Sequence record: NZ_CP031419.1
Source: a plasmid
Reading direction: 5' to 3' (one strand)
DNA: 64,000 bases
Every line of letters begins with the position of its first letter. The stretch's first letter is position 1. Shown here piece after piece: positions 19,860 to 29,318 of this stretch. Both the position numbers and the translations under genes were made by a program. The notes below the pieces were generated by a model that saw only the letters and a program-made list of their open reading frames with translations, was not told the DNA's origin and made no database searches.

Positions 19860-20456
19860 TCAGACCGGCAGGGGGTCGATGCGGTCGGCGGCGTAGTGGT
19901 AGAGCCGCCAGACCGATTTCGAGAGCAGCTCCCGGTCGGCGCAGCACACGGTCGCCAGGGCCGGACGGCCGTCCTTGGTGGTGGGGTAGCGGCCCTGGTC
20001 GCCGTTGCGGTCGTGGCGTTCGAGGTCGCGGACGAAGGCAACGATGTCGCGCTCGGTCTCCCCAGTGCCGAGCAGCGGATCACCGGCCGCGGCGAGGGCG
20101 TCGAGGAATGCGGTGAGAACGTGGCTCGACCTCAGCGCGGGGATGCCGGAGTAGGCCGGATACAGCGCCTTGAGCGACAACTCGGCGAGCTGACGCGACA
20201 GGAAGAACGCCGGCTGCGCGGCCCCGGCGTCGATGGCGGCTTGGGCGGCCGAGGCGAATTCGAACAGCGTCGTCGAGGGCGCGTTGATCGGATGCTCGCG
20301 GGACATGCAGAGCACGTCGTCTCGGCTGTCGTGGTCGACCGTGGGGTCGCCGAACGGACTGATGTAGGCCACGGACGGGAATTCTGCTCCCCGATCCGGG
20401 GCGGGGGAAGCGGTTTTCGCGGCCCGTGCTGAGGCGGTCCGCGCCGTCTCCGGCAC
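19860..20456 (-). CDS. hypothetical protein
   Basis: 198 aa, unbiased. Contains RDLERH (a weak Rx4H HEPN-like motif). Start uncertain. Confidence 0.45.
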   Translation of the reverse strand: MPETARTASARAAKTASPAPDRGAEFPSVAYISPFGDPTVDHDSRDDVLCMSREHPINAPSTTLFEFASAAQAAIDAGAAQPAFFLSRQLAELSLKALYPAYSGIPALRSSHVLTAFLDALAAAGDPLLGTGETERDIVAFVRDLERHDRNGDQGRYPTTKDGRPALATVCCADRELLSKSVWRLYHYAADRIDPLPV

Positions 20457-20469
20457 GCGGCCGTGCTTG

Positions 20470-20784
20470 TCAGAGATCGAACCGGACGGCGAGCACCATC
20501 TTGATGAAGTCGAGCATCTCGGTAGTCACCGTCCCGTCGTAGGTTCCGGCCTCGAGTACCGCTCGCACGCAGGGAATGAACCGGTGTACGGCGAGCACGC
20601 GGCCCTCGTCCCAGCCCACCGAGAAGATTCGCAGGTCTTGCGGCATCTCCCGGGCGTCGACGACCGGCACCGCCAGCGCCACATCACGATGGCGCAGCAA
20701 CGCCTGGCCGTCGACGATCACCACGGTCAGATAGCCGTCACCGGCGGCGATGGTGTAGATGTCGCCCTGGTGCAGTTCCCTCAC
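20470..20784 (-). CDS. type II toxin (CcdB/MazF-fold-like)
   Basis: 104 aa. 4-nt overlap with the upstream RHH gene. Beta-rich sequence (GDIYTIAAGDGYLTVVIVDGQ). Confidence 0.55.
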   Translation of the reverse strand: MRELHQGDIYTIAAGDGYLTVVIVDGQALLRHRDVALAVPVVDAREMPQDLRIFSVGWDEGRVLAVHRFIPCVRAVLEAGTYDGTVTTEMLDFIKMVLAVRFDL

Positions 20785-20990
20785 AGGGACATGCCCATGC
20801 CGATGCGCAGCAAGTCGGCATCGCTGTACTTCGGCGGGTTCTGTTGCTCGTGCGCGGCGATGCGCCGCAACTCCTTGTCCGCGAGCCGCTGGAGCACGGC
20901 CCGGTTGATCTCGGCACTGACGTTGCCCTCCGCGCTCTCGCGCAGAGCCTGGGCCGTCGCGTCCGGGAGGCTGATGTTCAGTTTCGCCAT
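20781..20990 (-). CDS. ribbon-helix-helix antitoxin
   Basis: MAKLNISLPDATAQALRESAEG, a typical RHH N-terminus. 69 aa. Confidence 0.7.
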   Translation of the reverse strand: MAKLNISLPDATAQALRESAEGNVSAEINRAVLQRLADKELRRIAAHEQQNPPKYSDADLLRIGMGMSL

Positions 20991-21042
20991 GCCACCACGG
21001 TAAAGCGTGTCGCTTTACCGTGGCAAGCGGGCGGGCCGTCGA

Positions 21043-21747
21043 TCAGAGCGGGAACAGCGACGGTTGGGCGTTGGCATTGCCAGTCCAGGACAAAACGTTG
21101 GGGAGGTTCGCGTCCGGGGCGAAGGTGAGGTAGGTCCCATCGACACTGTCGCAGCCGATCGCAGTCGCGTAGTCATAGCGGCGGCGCGAGTTCACCCGGC
21201 CCATATGGACCCACTTGCCGAGGCTCGAGGCGACCGCGGCGAGGTTCGCCGCCGCCGGGCCGAGCTTCCAGGCGGTGTCCCCGGCGAGGAACAGACAGTC
21301 AATCTCGTCCCACGGGTCCCAGGTGTCGAACTCCATGAAATTCTGGGCCGCGAAGGCGACGGGAAACCCGAGATCGCGGATGCGCCGCAGCATCGGCAGA
21401 GAGCGGGCGAGCGTGGCGAAGTGGTCGCCGACAACGTCGGGCGCCACCACGAACAGACAGCGGTCGGCGTGCGGGCGCAGCCGGCCGAGCCAGTTCAGGT
21501 AGGCGTCGTCACCGGGATAGGCCCCGCCGAACACCCCGTTGTCGGCACACCACAGCGGGTAGTCAGCGCTCAGGCGGTTGCCTTGAGCGGGAGTCATGAT
21601 CGCGCCCAGTTCCTCGGCGCGGATTCGGTCGCGGATCGCGGGTGTGCTGGGTGGGGTGAGGTAGAGCGGAGCGCCAGGAGTGCAGTCGTGCCAGCGCTCG
21701 GCCGCCCAGCTCTCATTAAAACGTTCGTTTTGGTTATCGGCAGGCAT
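21043..21747 (-). CDS. hypothetical protein
   Basis: 234 aa, unbiased. A CAAAACGNNCGTTTTG-type palindrome lies in codons 5-10. Confidence 0.55.
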   Translation of the reverse strand: MPADNQNERFNESWAAERWHDCTPGAPLYLTPPSTPAIRDRIRAEELGAIMTPAQGNRLSADYPLWCADNGVFGGAYPGDDAYLNWLGRLRPHADRCLFVVAPDVVGDHFATLARSLPMLRRIRDLGFPVAFAAQNFMEFDTWDPWDEIDCLFLAGDTAWKLGPAAANLAAVASSLGKWVHMGRVNSRRRYDYATAIGCDSVDGTYLTFAPDANLPNVLSWTGNANAQPSLFPL

Positions 21748-21846
21748 GGATGCTTCCCTCCCACTGTGGCGGGGTGCGGTCGGAGACGGGAGAAGAAGGG
21801 CGGCGGACGAAGACCCCGGACCGCCGCCCCGCTCCCGATGGGAGGA

Positions 21847-22494
21847 CTAGAAGGTGAGTGTGAACCGCAGCGCGGCGCGGTACTCCTCGAACTCGACATC
21901 GAGGATCTTGCCGGTGAACTTCTCCCAGTTGCCCACAACGACGAAGTGCCGTTCGGCCAGCTGGCGCGTGGCTTCCTCGGTCGTGTCGACTGGAGTGGCT
22001 GGCGGGTCGAGCGGGACAAAGGTGCCCATCGGGTGGTCCTCGTAGTCGAAGACCTCGACCGTGCCGCCCGGGGACCAGGTCGCGCGCACCGTGATCACGC
22101 CCCGGAACTCGGCCTCCATGGCCCTGACGATTTCGGTCAGCTGATCGGCTGCGGTGAACAGCGCGGTCGCGCGCTCGTGCAGATCCGGGCGGTTACCAGC
22201 GAACAAGCGATCCATGTACGCGCGGGCGGTATCGGTGTAGGTGTTGACGGTGTCGCCCAGGACAGCGAGCACGCCGTCGCCCTCGGCGCCTCCGTGGAAG
22301 TGGCCGACGGCGGCCGCCGCCGCGAGCGCGCGAACGGTCAGGTCGGCGGCGCAATCGACGAACCCGTCGGCGTCCTGGACCGCCAACTCCTGCGCGACCT
22401 CGGTCAGGAACCGCACGACCTTGCTGGTCTCGGTCGCGGGCCGGGTGTCCTCGGTGGCGGGGCGCAGCGGGAACGGGTTGCTGATGATCTCCAT
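21847..22494 (-). CDS. hypothetical protein
   Basis: Start MEIISNPF with a GAAGGGA RBS. Preceded by the conserved leader. Confidence 0.5.
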   Translation of the reverse strand: MEIISNPFPLRPATEDTRPATETSKVVRFLTEVAQELAVQDADGFVDCAADLTVRALAAAAAVGHFHGGAEGDGVLAVLGDTVNTYTDTARAYMDRLFAGNRPDLHERATALFTAADQLTEIVRAMEAEFRGVITVRATWSPGGTVEVFDYEDHPMGTFVPLDPPATPVDTTEEATRQLAERHFVVVGNWEKFTGKILDVEFEEYRAALRFTLTF

Positions 22495-22631
22495 GATCGG
22501 GAGTCCCTTCAAGGTGTGCGAGTGGGGGATGAAGGGGCGGGGTGTCCGGTCCCGCCGCCTTCTGTGTCATATATTACCCGTTATCTGGAATGAGTCAAGT
22601 CTTCCCGCGTATGTGTGGTGTGTGTCGCCGG

Positions 22632-23902
22632 TCAGGCCGATATTGGGAACAGCGCCAGGTCGGTGCCGGTGGCCTGCGCCCACCAGTCGGCGAATCCTGG
22701 CCGTTCCTTGTCGGCGACGACGGCGGGGGCGACGACGAAGAAGTGCTCCAGCTCGTGCGGGCTCGTGCCGTCCCGGCCGGGGACGACCGCGCGGGCGATG
22801 CCGTCGTCCCCGAGCTCGCGGCGGGTGTCGACGAGCGCCGGGGAGCCGTCGGGCCCGCCGATATCGACCCGCAGCGGAGCGCCGTCGAGCCAGGCGGCCA
22901 TCTCTTCGCGAGAACCGACGTCGACCGACCGCACCGATCGCGCGACCATCTTGGCCCCGCCGGTTTGGGTGCGCCGGGCGAGGCGGCGGACCTCGTAGAG
23001 GGCGTGAGGTTGTTCGGCGAGCGCACTCTCGAAGGCGGCCAGGACGCCGGTGAGTCCGGCCGCGCGCACGTAGTCGATGGCGCGCTTGCCGCCGACGAGG
23101 CCCTGTTTGGCGTTGAGCGCGAGTGCGGTGTGCTCCATCAGCAGCATCCGCGCCCCGGCGTCTGGGAACGCCGCGTAGCGCGCCAGGGTGGCGACTCGAT
23201 TGGCAGCGGTGACCAGCGCGAAGGGACAGAACACGCACGCCGACTTCTGCCATGCTCGGCCGGTCTTCTCCCGGATGTAGGCCAGCACCTGTTCCCGGTC
23301 CCAGCCCCAGGAGATCAGTGGGTACTCACCACGCCGCAGCGCGGTGTCGTATCCGGCGTCGCGGCGGGCCCGCGTCAGCTCGCCTGCCTCGAATCCGACG
23401 ACGTGCCGGTACGGCCGTCCGTGTGTAATCGCGGCGATCACCGGGTCGAGCACTTCGCCCTTGGCCGACATGCTGCACCGACGACTGCCACCGACCTGCG
23501 GCTGAGTGCCGGCCGTGAGCATCTCGGTGCCGAGGGTGTAGGCGCCCTCGATATAGAGGCGGTGCGGCGATCGGGAGTCGTCGAAGACGATGACGCCGGT
23601 GCCATCAGCGCGCACCCGGCGGTCGGCCCGCCCGACCTGGATGAACCGAATCCGGTGCTGGGCCAGTAGCGGGAGCACGACCTCGGCCACGTCCCGTGCG
23701 GTGTCTTCCCATTCGTCGCCCACCATGGCGGTGACGACGGCCAGCTCCGCCAGGTCGAAGTCGCGGCTGTCGGGGTCGAAGATCCAGCGCAGCAGCAGGG
23801 CGGTGCTGTCGGCCCCAAGTCCATAGGACAGCACGACTCGGGGCGCGGGTTCGTGCGCGGCGAGCTGCTCCCGCAGTGCCGCGGGCACAGCGGGCCCGGT
23901 CA
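22632..23902 (-). CDS. PAPS reductase-like / PP-loop superfamily protein
   Basis: VVLSYGLGADSTALLLRW resembles an SGGxDS PP-loop. GTG start overlaps the upstream stop (GTGA). The track ORF's N-terminal extension is R/G-rich junk. Confidence 0.55.
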
Positions 23903-24212
23903 CCGGTTCGCCCGATCGCGGACGCGCAGGGCCACCCCGCCCGAGCCCGGCGGGCAGGTGCAGCCCGCCGCGTGCAGCTCGTCGGTGATGCGCCGCCAGG
24001 CGCGGTAGTGCCGTAGTCCGCCCTCGACGGCCACCGCACCGGCGAGGAACATCAGGCTGGAGATGATCGCGGGGAACTCCGACGACACTGCGCCGAGGGC
24101 GTACATCGAGCCCCCGGTCAGCCAGCCGGTGGCCACAACGGCGTGTGCCTGGGCGAGCCAACTCTGGTCGTGCTGTTCGTCATGACGTCGGTCGTGCTGG
24201 AAGTTGTTCACG
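23900..24212 (-). CDS. small hydrophobic protein
   Basis: GTG start with a GGAGGAG RBS. YALGAVSSEFPAIISSLMFLAGAVAV transmembrane segment. Confidence 0.35.
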
Positions 24213-24258
24213 GGAAAACTCCTCCGGGAATGCGCGAGTGGGGATGGGCGGATGGCGG

Positions 24259-24879
24259 TCAGCGCGCCGTGTCCGGTTCGGCGTCGGTGCCGCCCGCGAC
24301 GAGAGAGCGCGGGCGAAAGTCGCGCGCGAACCGGTCGGTGAGCTGCGCCAGCAGCGCGAGCAATTGGTCGCGGGGAACGTCGACCGACTGGAAGGACCCG
24401 CCGAAGCGCACCGCGTCGGCGTCCGGGGCGATGGTGAGCCGTTCCCGGCCGTCGCCGAGGTCGGTGACCTCGAGCCGGTCGCCGTCGGCGTCTTCGAAGA
24501 CGGTGTGCGGCATGACGCGGATGCTGTCGGGCAGGCCCGCCGGGCGGACGCCGTGGCGCAGCAGGGCGACGGTCTCGGGCGTCAGCGCGCTCGCGGTGCG
24601 CAGCCGGAGTTCGAGTTCGCCGTCGTCGCTGTAGGCGATCAGCCGCCCGTCGAGGTCGTAGAAGTCGAGCCAGAGCCCGAACTCGTCGGCGCGGTCGGTG
24701 GCCGCGCCGACGGCCAGCCCGTTGGCCAGCAGCCCGCGAATGATCCAGCCGGTCGGCCCGAGCGGGGTCACCTGGGCGGAGTCGACGCTGTAGCGGTCGA
24801 TGAGGTCGAGCTCGTCGCGGAACGGGGTGTCCAGCACCGAGGACCACGCCCGCGCGTCCTGGTCTTTGCGCGACATCAC
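24259..24879 (-). CDS. hypothetical protein
   Basis: Starts MSRKDQDARAW (ATG at 24877-24879). 207 aa, unbiased. Confidence 0.5.
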   Translation of the reverse strand: MMSRKDQDARAWSSVLDTPFRDELDLIDRYSVDSAQVTPLGPTGWIIRGLLANGLAVGAATDRADEFGLWLDFYDLDGRLIAYSDDGELELRLRTASALTPETVALLRHGVRPAGLPDSIRVMPHTVFEDADGDRLEVTDLGDGRERLTIAPDADAVRFGGSFQSVDVPRDQLLALLAQLTDRFARDFRPRSLVAGGTDAEPDTAR

Positions 24880-25535
24880 GCCCGCCCCTCGTCGGTCAGC
24901 GAGGCCCACCAGCCGTCGACGAGGCCGTGCGCTGTCCAGTCCGCGAGCTGGGCGTGCGCGCAATCGCGGTGTGCGACCACCGCCGCGGCGCGCTCGATCG
25001 GGTAGCAGTGCGAATGCGTCGAGCAGCCCTGAGTCCAACCGGGTACGTCCTCGTCGAGCACGATGACGTTCGTAGGGACCAAGCCGTCGGAGGTGAGCGG
25101 GCCGAGCAGAGTGGCTTCCCGGTCCGGGTCGCCGAGCGCGGCGGCGGGCAGCATCGCGAAATCCCAGCGCCGGGAAGAGGACAGGACTGCGACGCGGACC
25201 GGATCGTGCAGCAGCGCGGCGGCGGCCTGCACGGCGGCCACGGCGGTGTAGCCGTAGCAGAAGATCTCGAGCGGGGTGCCGTCGAGACGGGAGTAGACCG
25301 AGGCGCACCACTCGGTGCTAGCGGCGATTTCGTCCGCGCCGAGCGCCAGGCCGTCGCCGTTGCACACGAGCATCTCCAGCGGGATGCCCCGGACTTCGCC
25401 GACGGGAATGTAGATGTTCACGTGGCCGACGACGCGGACCTGCGCGTCGTAACCGAGTTCGGTCAGCGCGGTCAACTCAGGTGCGTAGCGCACCTGTGCC
25501 TCGGCGACGAGAGCGTCGAATTTGGTGGAGGGCAT
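24876..25535 (-). CDS. hypothetical protein (Cys/His-rich segment THSHCYPIE...HRDCAH)
   Basis: 219 aa. ATGA overlap with the downstream gene. Preceded by a partial conserved leader. Confidence 0.55.
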   Translation of the reverse strand: MPSTKFDALVAEAQVRYAPELTALTELGYDAQVRVVGHVNIYIPVGEVRGIPLEMLVCNGDGLALGADEIAASTEWCASVYSRLDGTPLEIFCYGYTAVAAVQAAAALLHDPVRVAVLSSSRRWDFAMLPAAALGDPDREATLLGPLTSDGLVPTNVIVLDEDVPGWTQGCSTHSHCYPIERAAAVVAHRDCAHAQLADWTAHGLVDGWWASLTDEGRA

Positions 25536-25624
25536 TGCCCTGCTCCCTTCGGGGGATTTGCGAGTGGGGATCGAAGGGGGCGGGGTGTCCGGTCCCGCCC
25601 GGCTTCGGTGTTGCTCAGGTGGTG

Positions 25625-26288
25625 TCAGTGGCGCTCGCGCGGTTCTGCGGTGGCGAGCAGTTCGAGCAGGGCTTCGATGTCGCTAGAGCCCGCGAGGCGG
25701 GCGGCGAGGGGTGTCCGCATGCGGGTGATTACGGCGTGCAGCGTGCCGCGCGGACCATCGGACACTGGATGCCGGTCGCCGGTGCGCGGGTCCACGAGCT
25801 CGCCGGTGACCTGGATGTCGATCAACGGGTTCCGGCGGAACACCAGGAAGCAGCGCGTGGTGACGTAGTCGAATTCGATGTCGGCTCCGAACGCAAGGGC
25901 CGGTTCGGGGGCGTCGCGGACGATGACCTCGAAGTAGCGGTAGCCAGAGAAGATCGCGGTGAACGGTGCGGTGCACACGGTGACGCTGAGCCATTGCCGG
26001 GTGCCCGCGTGCCAGGCGGTGTAGGGGCCGGTGCGGGTGAGATCGGTCAGGGTCTCCACGAACGCCGCGTGACGCGCCTCGTAGTCCGGCGTCCGCCACC
26101 ATGCGCGGCTGTCGCCCCGATGGAACCGGGCGATACAGAACAACACGGTCCCGCTGACGAGCAAGCCCGCGACGTCGAGCCAAGCGCGCCGTTGCACCGC
26201 CGTGTACAGGCTGGAGCCGATCGCGGCGGCCGCCACGAACATGGTCAGGGGGAACAGCTTGTTGAGAATCTTGCGGATCACGATCGAA
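25625..26288 (-). CDS. membrane protein
   Basis: LFPLTMFVAAAAIGSSLY and LLVSGTVLFCIARF helices. GAAAGG RBS. GTG start inferred. Confidence 0.5.
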
Positions 26289-26331
26289 ACCTTTCGTCGA
26301 TAGGAAAAGGAGGGAGGGAGCCGGGCGCGGC

Positions 26332-26716
26332 TCAGCCGTTGACCCACTCGATCGGCACTTCCACGCCCCAGAAGCGGCGGTGGAGCAGCCGCCGGGCGTT
26401 CTCGGCGTCGGTCAGCCGTCCGTCGCGGCGGCGGAAGTGGACGATCGGGCAGCCCTCGATCGAGGGCCAGAAGGTGCCGTCGGCGTGCCGGATTCCGGAC
26501 TGGATCAGGGCGTACGCCTCGCGGCCGGAGCCACCCGAGTTGCACGCGGTCACCCGGACGACGGGCACCCCGGCGGCGATCCGCGCGTCGCGCTCGGCGA
26601 CGGCCTCGGCGGTGTCGAAGTACTCGGGGTCGTGATTAGAGGCGTAGAGAGCGGCGCGGATCTGCTCGGCGGTGCACTGCACGTTCAGCTGTCCGGCCGC
26701 GGCGGTGGAGGGCATG
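26332..26716 (-). CDS. hypothetical protein
   Basis: MPSTAAAGQLNVQC start with a GAAGGAG RBS. 128 aa. Confidence 0.5.
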
Positions 26717-26801
26717 AGGTGCTCCTTCGGCGATGGCGAGTGGGGGAGCGACGGGCGGAAGTGTCCGGTTTCCGCCCCGTCGCTTCGGGTGACGGAAAGG
26801 G

Positions 26802-27212
26802 TCAGAAGGGTGCTTCGTCGTCGCCCCACGGGGCGCTTGAGTCACCGCGCCCGTCGGCGGGCTCGTCGTCCTCGTCGTCGGGGTTCCAGTCGTCGGGGAC
26901 GCCGTCGGCCCACACCACTGCCTTGGCGTTGTGGTCCCAGGTGACGTTGGCGAGGGCCTGCACGTTCTCCAGCGAGGCGTCGTCTTCGACGCGAACGCCC
27001 GCCGGGATGTGCCACAGGTCGCCCCGGAAGTCCCAGGCCGACCCGCTGCGCTGGGCCGAGGAGCTGACTTCCTCGGCCGCCCAGGCGCGGGCGTCGGCCT
27101 CGGTGACGAATTCCTTCTCGTCGAGGGAGCGTCGCTCGGACGCGGGCGGGACGTCGGAGAAGACGACGTAGAAGCGATCGTGGTCCGCGACCACTGCTGC
27201 CAGAGGACTCAT
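26802..27212 (-). CDS. acidic hypothetical protein
   Basis: 136 aa, Asp/Glu-rich C-terminus. Preceded by a full copy of the conserved leader. Confidence 0.55.
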   Translation of the reverse strand: MSPLAAVVADHDRFYVVFSDVPPASERRSLDEKEFVTEADARAWAAEEVSSSAQRSGSAWDFRGDLWHIPAGVRVEDDASLENVQALANVTWDHNAKAVVWADGVPDDWNPDDEDDEPADGRGDSSAPWGDDEAPF

Positions 27213-27372
27213 GGGAATGCCCTTTCGTAGGGTGCGAGTGGGGTCGAAGAAGGCGGGGTGTCCGGTCCCGCTTCCTTCTATGTCATATATTACCCGATAT
27301 ATCGGCGAAGGCCAAGCACTTTCCGATGGGTGAGTCGGATTGGTTCCCGCCCGATCGGTCTCGGGCGGGAAG

Positions 27373-27837
27373 TCAGTCGGTGCTGTAGGAGTGCCGGTGC
27401 CGGGCCGGGGCGCATTGCCGACGGCGCAGCACGGCGAGCCGTCGCGTGTCCTGCGATCGGGCGGGGCTCGATGGGCGCGCCGCCGGGCATCCCTCCGGTT
27501 CGCCGAGCGGTGCGGTGGCAGACAGAACAGCGAGGGCCGCCTCCCAGCGATCGGCCCGGTCCGCCGCCCGCAGCTGCACCGCCAGAACGGTCAGGCTCGC
27601 CGCGCCGACACCGACGGCGACCACGGCGAGCGGCGCGGACAACGGCATGGTCGCCACCGCCCACAGGAACGACAGCGCCGCGAGGCAGCCGTGCGCCGCC
27701 GACAGCGTGGTCGCGCCGGGTCGCTCGCCGGTGGCGGGGAACCGTTGCGCGTCTCGGCGGTAGGAGAGCGCGAGCGCGGCGAACACGACACCCGGCCCGC
27801 CGAGGAGCAGGGCCGGGACGGCGTACGAGGCGGACAC
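27373..27837 (-). CDS. membrane protein
   Basis: Several hydrophobic helices (AVPALLLGGPGVVFAALAL, AALSFLWAVATMPL, LAVVAVGVGAASLTVLAV). Confidence 0.45.
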   Translation of the reverse strand: MSASYAVPALLLGGPGVVFAALALSYRRDAQRFPATGERPGATTLSAAHGCLAALSFLWAVATMPLSAPLAVVAVGVGAASLTVLAVQLRAADRADRWEAALAVLSATAPLGEPEGCPAARPSSPARSQDTRRLAVLRRRQCAPARHRHSYSTD

Positions 27838-27842
27838 AGCCG

Positions 27843-28379
27843 TCAGCTCCGCACCCGTGCGGCGGCTGGCGCGCCCGCGTCGGCGGCAGCGACCCGAACC
27901 GGATCGGCAGCGGCGGACGGACCGCCGGAACCGGCTGGAGCCGGATCGGGTTGTGGGACGGCGGCGGACGGGGTGACCGGCGTGCCCGGGGAGGTCGACT
28001 CAAGTTCGGAGTCCTCCGCCGGCGGCGGAGTCAGCGGCGCTTCGGCCGCAGCGGTCGACGCACGTGAGGGGCGAGGCCGAGGCTTGGCCTTCGCCCGCTT
28101 CGCCACAGCACGGATAGCGTCGGTGGGCTTGAGTCCGATCCGTTCCAGCGCGGCCGCCTCGGCTCCGGCATTGGTGGCCGCCTCGTAGGCAGCCACCACG
28201 GCATCCTCGGCAGCTTCCTCATCGGCGATCAACCGCGCTGTCTCGGCCCGGCGCGTCTCGGACGCCTGCTGCCATTCCCCGACCTTCACCGCGAGTTCGC
28301 CGATGCGCGTCTCCATATCGTCGTCGATGACCGCCCGCCGGTACGCGGACAGAGCATCGGTCGCCATCTTCTTCGCCAT
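27843..28379 (-). CDS. hypothetical protein with low-complexity Ala/Pro tail
   Basis: MAKKMATDALSAYRR... N-terminal helical part. A TTTAGATACA box lies about 50 bp upstream. Confidence 0.5.
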   Translation of the reverse strand: MAKKMATDALSAYRRAVIDDDMETRIGELAVKVGEWQQASETRRAETARLIADEEAAEDAVVAAYEAATNAGAEAAALERIGLKPTDAIRAVAKRAKAKPRPRPSRASTAAAEAPLTPPPAEDSELESTSPGTPVTPSAAVPQPDPAPAGSGGPSAAADPVRVAAADAGAPAAARVRS

Positions 28380-28698
28380 GGGAAACCTCTCGTCGCTCAG
28401 CGCTCACTAATGGAGCGATCGAACCTAGTGTATCTAATGTATCTACAGAACGGAGGTGGTCAACCATGCGAACGGGAGTCGGGTGAGTGCGCGCCTTGCT
28501 CGCCGGGTGTCCCGTTCGTTCAGTCTGCGCACCGGGGCGGGCTGGGGTCGGGCGCCCGCAGCCTCGATCCAGCCCCCCTCGTTCACGGCACCGGCCTCGT
28601 CGCGTATCGCGCCCGCCCAGCGAACGAAAGCGTTTTCCACGTGGAGCTCACCGTGAGCCGCAGCGTGGCTGACCAGCCTTTTCCGGTGAGCAAGATAT

Positions 28699-28880
28699 CC
28701 CAAAACCCCGGGGTTTTGGGTTGCGCCCGGGGACGGGCGCGAGACACACTCGAAGTGATTCGAGTGTGTCTAAAGCCTCCAGAGGATCTGGAGGCGCCGA
28801 TGTACCCAGACCTGCGGTCCGGCCACATCGGCTGGCCCGGCAGGCGACTGCCGGCCCTGCGAGCGCACCAGTGCGCCCGG
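28699..28880 (+). other. candidate oriT upstream of mobC (stacked inverted repeats plus an RSF1010-like nic motif)
   Basis: Perfect 22-bp palindrome CCCAAAACCCCGGGGTTTTGGG (28699-28720). IR GACACACTCGAA/TTCGAGTGTGTC (28743-28771). IR CCTCCAGA/TCTGGAGG (28777-28795). GCGCACCAGTGCGCCCGG (28862-28880) resembles the MOBQ nic core AAGTGCG|CCCT. Confidence 0.45.
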
Positions 28881-28898
28881 TAGGCGAAAGGACGTGAA

Positions 28899-29318
28899 GT
28901 GCCCCCGAAGAGCAGACAGGGCCATCGGCCTCACTCCGTCGAGAAGCGGACGCGCCGCCATGAGGCGCTGTTCGCACCCGCGGAGTGGGCACTAGTGGCC
29001 GCCGCGGCGGCCACTGTCGGGCTGAAGCCTGGCGCCTTCATCGCCAAGGCAGCCGTTGGTGCCGCGCGTGCGTTCGCCGCACAGCGCAATGGCTCAGCCG
29101 TCCGCACCAGCGGCCAGGTGGAGATCCTCATCGCCGAGGTTCGGGAGTTGCGCCGACTGCTGGGCAACGTGGCCGGGAATGTGAACGATGTCGCCAAGCA
29201 CGCGAACTCCACCGGCGAACTCGGCCAGAACGCGGACGCGGTGCTCGCCTACACCCGCAAGATCAACGGCCGCATCGACACATGGTTGGTTGAACAGCTT
29301 CGGCACGGTGCGCTGTGA
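28899..29318 (+). CDS. mobC: MobC-family mobilisation protein
   Basis: GNVAGNVNDVAKHANSTGEL matches the MobC signature (GNNLNQLAKhAN). Confidence 0.8.
   Translation: MPPKSRQGHRPHSVEKRTRRHEALFAPAEWALVAAAAATVGLKPGAFIAKAAVGAARAFAAQRNGSAVRTSGQVEILIAEVRELRRLLGNVAGNVNDVAKHANSTGELGQNADAVLAYTRKINGRIDTWLVEQLRHGAL

Noticed and set aside
23900-24847. 315-codon ORF upstream of the PP-loop gene
   Set aside because: Arg/Pro-rich except the last about 100 codons, which I kept as a small membrane protein (23900-24212).
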